Source of the DNA: Halieaceae bacterium
Lineage (GTDB): Bacteria; Pseudomonadota; Gammaproteobacteria; Pseudomonadales; Halieaceae
Assembly: GCA_030066555.1 (NCBI GenBank)
Contig: JASJBK010000003.1
Location: 6,287 to 70,286, forward strand
Direction of reading: 5' to 3'
DNA: 64,000 bases
Shown here: one piece after another, positions 8,975 through 16,766 of the stretch
Position numbering within the stretch: the first letter of the stretch is position 1
Layout: every line of letters begins with the position of its first letter
Translations under genes and position numbers: made by a program
The notes under the pieces: generated by a model
Database searches by the model: none
What the model was told of the DNA's origin: nothing
The model's input: the letters and a program-made list of their open reading frames with translations, nothing else

Positions 8975-10615
8975 ATGCGATCATTTCTGAGCGTTTTCGC
9001 TGCGCTGGGTCTCAGCGCGTCTCCTCCCCTGTTGGCCGTGACCCCCGCCGTGGATCCGGTCAACAACGAAATCTCTATTTCCCTGGAGCAGGAGCCCCAG
9101 TGGCTTACCACGATAAAAGCCACGGACGCCGAGAGCTCCATCGTGCTGGACCATATCACTGAGGGCCTGATCACCCGCGATGTCGACAACAACCTTATCG
9201 GTGGCGTTGCCGAGCGCTGGGAGCTGACCGACGACAAGGCCACCTTCTGGCTACGCAAGAACGCCCGCTGGAGCGATGGTGAACCAGTCACCGCTCACGA
9301 TTTCGTGTTCGCCTGGCAGCAGGTGGCCAACCCTCAGAACGCTGCCGAGTACGCGTTCCTGATGCGGCTGTTTCCCAATGGTGCAGAGATTATCGCCGGC
9401 GAAATGCCGCCGGAAACGCTGGGTGTTGAGGCCATCGACGACCACACCCTGGTGGCACACCTGGTTACGCCCACCGCCTACTTTATCGACCTGGTCACAT
9501 TCATCAGCTTCCGGCCGGTACGTGAGGATTTCTACCGCGCCCAGCAGGGGCGCTACGCGGCCGACGCGGTGAACATGCTCTCCAACGGACCTTTCATTCT
9601 CACCGAGTGGGTCCACGGCGCCTCCATGCGCATGGAAAAGAACCCCTATTACTGGAACCGCGATGCCATCCCGCTGGATGCCATCAACGCGCCGTACATT
9701 ACTGAAGATCCCAACGCCCGCTTCAACCTGTTCATGGACGACAAGACGGCCATAGCCGACAACCTGCAGATTTCCGCCATGAAAATGGCCATGCAGGAAC
9801 ACCAGAAGCTGAAGTCATTCAGCGATGGCACGGTGTACTACCTGGGCTTCAACTATCGGGAGGGTCGGTCCACCGCCAACCTGAATCTGCGACGCGCCAT
9901 CCAGAGCGTATTCGATGCGGCGGAGATGACCTACAAGGTCATCGGCGTGCCCGGCAACCTGCCGGCCTACACTCTGTTCCCCCGCTGGCTGAAGGGTGAC
10001 GACGGCCAGAGCCTGCAGGCCCAGTATCCACCGCGCAAGCCAGACCTGAGCGTCGAGCGCGGGCGTGAGTACCTGGCCATGGCCAAACAGGAACTGGGCG
10101 TTGAAGAGATCCCGCCACTCACCATCCTGCTGAGTGATCAGCCACAGACGGCCAAGCAGGCGGAGTACTTCCAGAATGTCATGGCTCGCAATCTGGGCCT
10201 GGAGATCCGCCTGGACAAGCAGATATTCAAGCAGCGCCTGGCGAAGATGAGCGCCGGCGACTACGACCTGGTGATGGCAGGCTGGGGGCCGGATTACAAC
10301 GACGCGATGACCTTCGCCGACCTGTTCACCTCCTGGAATGCCAACAACCGGGGCCGCTACTCGAACCCGGAGTACGATGCGCTGATCACCGAGGCACTGC
10401 AGATTACCGACCAACGGCGCCGCAACCAGATCTTTGCGCGCATCCAGGACATCATCTTTGACGACGTGGTGATCATTCCCCAGTACGAGCGCGGCTTTAT
10501 CTACGCCCAGGACAAGCGCATCGACGGCGTGCGCCGCTACCATACCGGCGGCGACCTCAACTTCAATTACACCTTCATCATTGACGAAGACGGCAGCCGG
10601 GGAGTGCCGGACTAG
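8975..10615 (+). CDS. ABC transporter substrate-binding protein, family 5 (peptide/nickel/opine type, OppA/DppA-like)
   Basis: ORF 8834..10615. Start moved to ATG 8975, giving the signal peptide MRSFLSVFAALGLSASPPLLAV. Size (~546 aa) and sequence style fit cluster-C SBPs. It is the first gene of a five-gene Opp-like operon. Confidence 0.85.
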   Translation: MRSFLSVFAALGLSASPPLLAVTPAVDPVNNEISISLEQEPQWLTTIKATDAESSIVLDHITEGLITRDVDNNLIGGVAERWELTDDKATFWLRKNARWSDGEPVTAHDFVFAWQQVANPQNAAEYAFLMRLFPNGAEIIAGEMPPETLGVEAIDDHTLVAHLVTPTAYFIDLVTFISFRPVREDFYRAQQGRYAADAVNMLSNGPFILTEWVHGASMRMEKNPYYWNRDAIPLDAINAPYITEDPNARFNLFMDDKTAIADNLQISAMKMAMQEHQKLKSFSDGTVYYLGFNYREGRSTANLNLRRAIQSVFDAAEMTYKVIGVPGNLPAYTLFPRWLKGDDGQSLQAQYPPRKPDLSVERGREYLAMAKQELGVEEIPPLTILLSDQPQTAKQAEYFQNVMARNLGLEIRLDKQIFKQRLAKMSAGDYDLVMAGWGPDYNDAMTFADLFTSWNANNRGRYSNPEYDALITEALQITDQRRRNQIFARIQDIIFDDVVIIPQYERGFIYAQDKRIDGVRRYHTGGDLNFNYTFIIDEDGSRGVPD

Positions 10616-11559
10616 TGGGCGCCTATATCGCCAGACGCCTGCTGTCGGGCGTGATCACTATCTGGTTCATTGCCACCGCGACCTTCTTTGGCATGCACGC
10701 GGTACCCGGCGACCCGCTGCTCAATGACAAGGCTGTCACCCCGGAAATTCGCGCCAACCTGGAACGGGCCTACGGGCTGGACAAACCGGTGCCCCAGCAG
10801 TACCTGATCTTCCTGAAGAATATGCTGCAGGGCGACTTCGGCATTTCCTTCACCCAGCAAAACCGCCGGGTCAACGACATCATCGCCGAGCACTTCCCGG
10901 TATCCGCCACCCTCGGTGTACTGGCCCTGCTATTCGCCGCCGGCGGCGGCATCATGTTCGGCGCCTTAACGGCCCTGTTCCGCAGCCGCATGCCCGACTA
11001 CCTGATCATGTTCCTGGTAATTATTGCCGTGTCTGTGCCCAGTTTTGTGTTCGCGGGCCTCGGCCAGCTGGCCATCCTCCGGCTCAACAGCCTGCTGGGC
11101 TTCAGCCTGTTGCCCGTCGCGGGCTGGGGAACCGTGGCGCACATGCTGGTGCCCGCGCTGGTACTGGGGCTGGGAACCATGGCGTACCTGACCCGCCTGA
11201 TGCGCTCTTCCATGCTGGAAGTCGCCGAAACCGATTACATCCGGACCGCCCGCGCCAAGGGCCTGACCCCCCGACGCATTTTCTTCAGGCACCAGCTGCG
11301 CAACGCCATTCTGCCAGTGGTCACAGTGCTTGGCCCGGCGATCGCCGCCATCACCACCGGCGGCTTCGTGGTAGAACTGGTCTTCGCAATTCCCGGCCTG
11401 GGTCGCTACTTCGTACAGGCGGTACAGCAGCTCGACTACACGGTGATCATGGGCACCACGGTGTTCTACGGGGCCTTCCTGGTGCTGATGGTGATTGCGG
11501 TGGATATCGTCTACGGCTTCATCGATCCGCGCATCCAGGTCTCCAAGAGTCTCTCCTGA
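10615..11559 (+). CDS. ABC transporter permease (OppB/DppB-like)
   Basis: 314-aa ORF with six predicted TM segments. The N-terminus IARRLLSGVITIWFIATATFFGMHAVPGDP is typical of OppB/DppB. Confidence 0.9.
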   Translation: MGAYIARRLLSGVITIWFIATATFFGMHAVPGDPLLNDKAVTPEIRANLERAYGLDKPVPQQYLIFLKNMLQGDFGISFTQQNRRVNDIIAEHFPVSATLGVLALLFAAGGGIMFGALTALFRSRMPDYLIMFLVIIAVSVPSFVFAGLGQLAILRLNSLLGFSLLPVAGWGTVAHMLVPALVLGLGTMAYLTRLMRSSMLEVAETDYIRTARAKGLTPRRIFFRHQLRNAILPVVTVLGPAIAAITTGGFVVELVFAIPGLGRYFVQAVQQLDYTVIMGTTVFYGAFLVLMVIAVDIVYGFIDPRIQVSKSLS

Positions 11560-12962
11560 TGGTCAGCTATATCCCCACCGCAGAAGACTTCCAGGCACTC
11601 GATAGTGCGCGCGAGGGTGACCGCATCGATCGGCCCTCCCTGTCTTACTGGCAGGATGTCTGGCGTCGCCTGCGCAGCAACCGGCGCGCTCTGGCCTCGC
11701 TGAGCATCGTCGTAGGCTTGCTGCTGTTTACCCTGATGGGACCGCTGCTGTGGAGGGTGGACCCGGCGCTGCAGGACCTTGAGCAGGTCTCCCAACCCCC
11801 CAGTCTGGGACGCTACGCGCTGGTGGTCGCCGACAATACGCCGGCGCCCACGGTTACCCACACCGCCATCAGCTCGGCGGCTGTGGACCGTGAGCAGGCG
11901 GCGCGGAATCTGCGCCTGCTGGGAACCCCGCATTCCGAGGGCGTGAACCTGGCCTGGGACCCGCTGCCCGGTGTCGATGCCTACCAGCTCTACCGCCATG
12001 AATACCCGCCCCGGGATGCCGACGACCTGGGCCTGCCCATGGCGCGCCTGATGCCGCAAGAGATCAGCTACCGGGACCTGCTGGGGCTCGAGACCCGTCA
12101 GTACTACTACTCGATCGTAGGCGTCTACAATGGCAAGGAAGCTCGCGCCTACACCACGCTTCCGGTAGTTGTGGAACAGGCCATCCTGTTCTCGGAAGCC
12201 GAGTACCGCGGCCTGCTGAGCGGCGACGCCACCCCCGAAACCGCAGTAGGCAGCTCGATCCGCCTGGAGTCACACCCACTGGGCACCGACTACCTGGGTC
12301 GCGACATGCTGGCACGGCTGATGTGGGGTGCGCGCACCTCCCTGTTTATCGGCATCTGTGCACCGCTGATCTTTGTCATCATCGGCCTCGCGTATGGCGG
12401 ACTCGCCGGTTACAGCGGCGGCCGCCTGGACGGCGCAATGATGCGCTTTGCAGATTTTGTTATCGCCCTGCCGTTTCTGCTGTTCATGATCCTATTCAAG
12501 ATCGCCTTTGGACTCGGCCCGGGAGAGAGCGGCATCGGGCCCATGCTGCTGGCGCTGGTGCTGTTGAGCTGGCCCGCCACCGCGCGGCTGGTGCGCGGCC
12601 AGGTGCTGCAGATTCGCGAAGAAGCCTATATCGCTGCCGCCCGCATGATGGGTGCTACCGCGCCCTACCTGGTGCTGCGCCACATCCTGCCCAACGTGAT
12701 GGGCGTGTTGCTGGTGTCCCTGACCTTTGCGATTCCTACCGCCATCTTTACCGAGGCTTTCCTGTCATTTATCGGCATGGGGGTGGTGCCGCCGACACCG
12801 TCCTGGGGCTCCATGTGCAATGACGGCATTCGCACCATGCTATCTCACCCCCACGAGCTGATGTTCCCGGCGCTATTCATCAGTGTCACGGTACTGGCTT
12901 TCAACCTGCTGGGTGACGGCCTGCGCGACGCCATGGACGCGCGCATGAGGAGCGGCACATGA
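11559..12962 (+). CDS. ABC transporter permease (OppC/DppC-like) with ~165-aa periplasmic insertion after TM1
   Basis: 467-aa ORF. The OppC-type N-terminus (SYWQDVWRRLRSNRRALASL) and the core (HPLGTDYLGRDMLARLMWGARTSL...) are separated by an extra domain. Confidence 0.85.
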   Translation: MVSYIPTAEDFQALDSAREGDRIDRPSLSYWQDVWRRLRSNRRALASLSIVVGLLLFTLMGPLLWRVDPALQDLEQVSQPPSLGRYALVVADNTPAPTVTHTAISSAAVDREQAARNLRLLGTPHSEGVNLAWDPLPGVDAYQLYRHEYPPRDADDLGLPMARLMPQEISYRDLLGLETRQYYYSIVGVYNGKEARAYTTLPVVVEQAILFSEAEYRGLLSGDATPETAVGSSIRLESHPLGTDYLGRDMLARLMWGARTSLFIGICAPLIFVIIGLAYGGLAGYSGGRLDGAMMRFADFVIALPFLLFMILFKIAFGLGPGESGIGPMLLALVLLSWPATARLVRGQVLQIREEAYIAAARMMGATAPYLVLRHILPNVMGVLLVSLTFAIPTAIFTEAFLSFIGMGVVPPTPSWGSMCNDGIRTMLSHPHELMFPALFISVTVLAFNLLGDGLRDAMDARMRSGT

Positions 12963-13975
12963 GTGAGCAGCCGGTGCTGAGCGTCCGGGACCTCGAGGTC
13001 GAGTTCGACACCTTCGGCGGCAAGGTGCGGGCGGTGCGCGGTGTCTCCTACGATGTACACGCCGGCGAGACCCTGGCCGTGGTGGGCGAGTCCGGCTGCG
13101 GCAAGTCGGTCACCGTGCAGGCACTGATGGGGCTGATTCCCACGCCCCCGGGGCGCATAGTGGGAGGCTCCGCCCGGCTCATGGGCAGGGAACTGATCGG
13201 TCTCAACCAGGCCCAGCTCAACGACGTGCGCGGTGCGGACATGGGCATGATCTTCCAGGACCCGATGACCTCCCTCAACCCGACCATGCGAGTTGGTGAC
13301 CAGATCGCCGAGACCCTGGTGGTGCACCGCGATATTTCACGGGACGCGGCGCTGGCAGAAGCGGTGCGCCTGCTGGAACGCACCCGGATTCCCGAGGCGG
13401 CCCAGCGCGCAAGGCAGTACCCGTTCGAATTCTCCGGCGGCATGCTGCAGCGGGTCATGATTTCCATGAGCCTGGCGTGCACGCCGAAGCTGCTGATTGC
13501 CGATGAGCCCACCACGGCGCTGGACGTCACCATCCAGGACCAGGTGCTGGAACTGATGCAGGAAATCCAGCGCGAGGACCACATGGCGATCGTGCTGATC
13601 ACCCACGACCTCGGTGTGGTCGCACGCATGGCCGACAGAGTCGCGGTGATGTACGCCGGCGAAGTGGTTGAGTACGGTTCCGTGGACGACATCTTCTACC
13701 GCTCCGCACACCCCTATACCGAGGGCCTGAAGGAAGCCATGCCCGACATGCACCAGCACGGCAAGGACCGTCTGGAAGCGATTCCCGGCAGCCCACCCGA
13801 CCTGTTCTCACCGCCCCCGGGCTGCGCTTACCACCCGCGCTGTCCGCACGCCATGCGTATCTGCAATCGCATCGGCCCGTCGGAGTACCCGGTTGGCGAC
13901 GCGCACCATGCCAGCTGCTGGCGCCTGCACGAGGACGCGCCGACTACTGCAAGCGAGGACGGCCATGCTGGTTGA
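12959..13975 (+). CDS. Oligopeptide/dipeptide-type ABC transporter ATP-binding protein (OppD/DppD-like)
   Basis: Walker A GESGCGKS, signature FSGGMLQR, Walker B LLIADEPTTALD and a C-terminal Cys-rich oligo_HPY tail. ATGA overlap with the permease. Confidence 0.9.
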   Translation: MSEQPVLSVRDLEVEFDTFGGKVRAVRGVSYDVHAGETLAVVGESGCGKSVTVQALMGLIPTPPGRIVGGSARLMGRELIGLNQAQLNDVRGADMGMIFQDPMTSLNPTMRVGDQIAETLVVHRDISRDAALAEAVRLLERTRIPEAAQRARQYPFEFSGGMLQRVMISMSLACTPKLLIADEPTTALDVTIQDQVLELMQEIQREDHMAIVLITHDLGVVARMADRVAVMYAGEVVEYGSVDDIFYRSAHPYTEGLKEAMPDMHQHGKDRLEAIPGSPPDLFSPPPGCAYHPRCPHAMRICNRIGPSEYPVGDAHHASCWRLHEDAPTTASEDGHAG

Positions 13976-14912
13976 AGTGCGCAAACTGAAGACCCATTTC
14001 AACATCGGCCACAACCGCACGGTGCACGCCGTGGACGGCGTGTCACTGAATATTGCCGAGAACGAGATTCTCGGCCTCGTGGGCGAGAGCGGCTGCGGCA
14101 AGTCCACCCTGGGCAAGACGCTGGCAGGGCTGCAGTCCAAGACCAGCGGCGAGATCCTGTTTCGCGGCAAACCGCTGCCGGACCGGTACTCGCAGAAGGA
14201 TTTCCAACGCCTGTCCACCAATATCCAGATGATCTTCCAGGATCCCTACACCTCCCTGAATCCGCGCATGACCATCCAGGAGATCATCTCAGAACCGCTG
14301 CGGCTGCAGGAGGGCGGAGGCAAGAGCGACTACCGGGACCTGGTGGCCCAGTGGCTGGAGCGGGTGGGCCTGAAGCGCGACCACGCCAGCCGCTACCCCC
14401 ACGAATTCTCCGGCGGTCAGCGCCAGCGCATCGGCATCGCCAGGGCGCTGATCGTCAAACCCCGGTTTGTGGTCTGCGATGAGCCGATCTCCGCCCTCGA
14501 TGTGTCGGTCCAGGCCCAGGTCATCAACCTGTTACAGGAGCTCAAGGAAAGCCTCGGGCTGACCCTGCTGTTTATCGCCCACGACCTGTCCATGGTGCGC
14601 TACCTGTGCGACCGCATGGCGGTGATGTACCTGGGTTCCGTGGTGGAGGAAGGGCCGTCAGAAGAGGTGTACTTCAAACCCAAGCACCCCTATACCCGCA
14701 TGCTGATCGCCTCCAATCCGGTGGCAGACCCCCACAGGGAAAAAGCCCGCGCCCACCAGCCACCCCAGGGCGAGATCCCGTCCCCAATCAACCCCAAGCC
14801 GGGCTGCCGATTTGCCGATCGCTGCCCGGAAGCCAGCAATCGCTGCCGCGAGGAAACGCCGGTGCCCAAGTTCATCGACGAACAGCGCATGATTGCCTGC
14901 CACCTCTACTAG
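13965..14912 (+). CDS. Oligopeptide/dipeptide-type ABC transporter ATP-binding protein (OppF/DppF-like)
   Basis: ORF 13893..14912. Start moved to ATG 13965 ([12 protein letters not shown]). Walker [10 protein letters not shown], signature FSGGQRQR and Walker [13 protein letters not shown]. Confidence 0.9.
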   Translation: MLVEVRKLKTHFNIGHNRTVHAVDGVSLNIAENEILGLVGESGCGKSTLGKTLAGLQSKTSGEILFRGKPLPDRYSQKDFQRLSTNIQMIFQDPYTSLNPRMTIQEIISEPLRLQEGGGKSDYRDLVAQWLERVGLKRDHASRYPHEFSGGQRQRIGIARALIVKPRFVVCDEPISALDVSVQAQVINLLQELKESLGLTLLFIAHDLSMVRYLCDRMAVMYLGSVVEEGPSEEVYFKPKHPYTRMLIASNPVADPHREKARAHQPPQGEIPSPINPKPGCRFADRCPEASNRCREETPVPKFIDEQRMIACHLY

Positions 14913-14927
14913 CCGACCGGAGCCAGC

Positions 14928-15527
14928 GTGGAAGACGAGAAAGCCCGCTTCCTGAGCCAGTTGGCCGAGCGCTATGGCCCATCGCTGGAGCGCTTCCTCA
15001 CGCGCAAGCTGGATAACCCCGCCGATGCCGCCGAGGTCGCCCAGGAAACCTTCATCCGCCTGTACCGGCTGGAGCATCCGGACCAGCTCGACAACGCCCG
15101 CGCATTCCTGTTCCAGGTGGCCTCCAACCTGGCAGTGGACCAGCTGCGCCGACGCAGCCTGCACTTCCGCTTCCTGAAAGCCGAGACCCGCGACAGCGGC
15201 GAGGGTGAGCTTCCCGAGGGCGCTGCCGACAGCGCCTCTCCGGAGCAGATTCTCAGCAGCCAGGAAAAGCTGGCGCGTATCTATGAGGCCGTGGACCGTC
15301 TACCCGAGAAGTGCCGCCAGGCCTTCCTGCTACACCGCAATTCCGGGCTGTCCTACGGCGACATCGCCAAAGAGCTCGGGGTATCGGTATCCAGTGTCGA
15401 AAAGTACATCCTGCAGGCGCTCAAGGAATGCCGGCGGGCGCTCAGCAGCTATTATGAAGAGGGAGAGGCCAGTGATGGCGGGGCCGGCGGGGGAACCGTT
15501 CAGGGACCGGGGTCTCAAAAACGCTAA
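14928..15527 (+). CDS. ECF (group 4) RNA polymerase sigma factor, FecI-like
   Basis: 199-aa ORF with region 2 (AAEVAQETFIRLYR...FLFQVASNLAVDQLRRR) and region 4 (LSYGDIAKELGVSVSSVEKYI). It starts 16 nt after the ABC ATPase stop. Confidence 0.9.
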   Translation: MEDEKARFLSQLAERYGPSLERFLTRKLDNPADAAEVAQETFIRLYRLEHPDQLDNARAFLFQVASNLAVDQLRRRSLHFRFLKAETRDSGEGELPEGAADSASPEQILSSQEKLARIYEAVDRLPEKCRQAFLLHRNSGLSYGDIAKELGVSVSSVEKYILQALKECRRALSSYYEEGEASDGGAGGGTVQGPGSQKR

Positions 15528-15764
15528 GCTGCATTGAGGGATTGTGCTGCTGTAACGTTTAAGTGTCATAAAGGATGGCCACACAGAGTGTGGGACGCCT
15601 GCCGGAGCACCAAGCGTAGCGAAAATCGTTACATAATGATGAAAACTGGGTGACAATCGGCAGGGCAATCGGCAGGACAAAGGGGCCTGGAGCGACTTGA
15701 GTTCGTACCAGGGAAACAATCGGCTCAGCAGCCAGTTAATCGGGCGAGGACAAGGCAGGCAAGC

Positions 15765-16751
15765 ATGAAGCGCTCTACCGTCAGCAACCTCCGCCAGGAA
15801 CTAAGCGGCGCCATGGAAGACCAGGCCTGCCAGTGGATTGCCCGCCTGCGCGCCGAAGACGCCAGCGAGGCTGACCACCAGCAATTCGCACTCTGGCTGG
15901 CCGCAAACCCGGCCCACGGCCGCGCCATGGACGCCGTGCTGGCCATGTGGGAAGACCTCGAGGTGCTCAAGCACCGCCCTGTCAGCACGGAACCCGCGCA
16001 ACCTTCCCGTCGCCGCTGGATTGGCACCGGCCTGGCGCTGGCCGCCTCCCTGGTGCTGGCGATCCTGCTGTCACCAGGTCTTGGCCTGGGCCCTGGCACA
16101 GAGGAATACCGCACCCGCCTCGGCGAACAGCTGGCGGTTACGCTGGCCGATAGTTCTTCCGTCAAACTGAATACCGATACCCGGCTACTGGTGAACTACA
16201 GCAGTGGTGAGCGCCAACTAACCCTGGTCCGCGGCGAGGCCTTCTTCCAGGTGGCCCACGACCCCGACCGACCATTCCTGGTGACTGCCGGCAACACCGA
16301 GGTGCGGGCCCTGGGTACCGCGTTTAATATCCTGCTCAACGGCGAACGCAGTGAAATCACCGTCACCGAAGGCGTGGTGCGCGTTACCGAGCTCAACGCC
16401 CCCGATACACGACCGGCCCTGACCGAGCTACTGTACAGCGACCAGCGTCTGGCCGGCGACCGCGGCGGCCTGTCCCCGGCAGAGAGCGTCGACTCTGGAA
16501 ACCTGCTGGCCTGGCGCGACGGCAAGCTGGTAGCCCACGACATGCCCCTGGGCGAACTGGTCACCGAGCTGTCGCGCTATCACCCCAACCGCATATTCAT
16601 CGCCGAGCCGGACCTGACCCAGACCACGGTGTCCGGCGTGTTCCAGCTCGAGGATCTCGACAGCATCCTGCTGGCGCTGGAGCACACTGTCGGGGTGCGC
16701 AGTGTCGCCCTGGACGACGGCAGCCTTCAGTTGATCAGGGCGCCCCTATAA
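15765..16751 (+). CDS. FecR-family anti-sigma factor / transmembrane sensor
   Basis: 328-aa ORF. It has an N-terminal anti-sigma domain (ACQWIARLRAEDASEADHQQFALWLAANPAH), one TM segment and a periplasmic FecR domain (LADSSSVKLNTDTRL...GEAFFQVAHD). Confidence 0.9.
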   Translation: MKRSTVSNLRQELSGAMEDQACQWIARLRAEDASEADHQQFALWLAANPAHGRAMDAVLAMWEDLEVLKHRPVSTEPAQPSRRRWIGTGLALAASLVLAILLSPGLGLGPGTEEYRTRLGEQLAVTLADSSSVKLNTDTRLLVNYSSGERQLTLVRGEAFFQVAHDPDRPFLVTAGNTEVRALGTAFNILLNGERSEITVTEGVVRVTELNAPDTRPALTELLYSDQRLAGDRGGLSPAESVDSGNLLAWRDGKLVAHDMPLGELVTELSRYHPNRIFIAEPDLTQTTVSGVFQLEDLDSILLALEHTVGVRSVALDDGSLQLIRAPL

Positions 16752-16766
16752 GCTAAGTTTTCGCCT

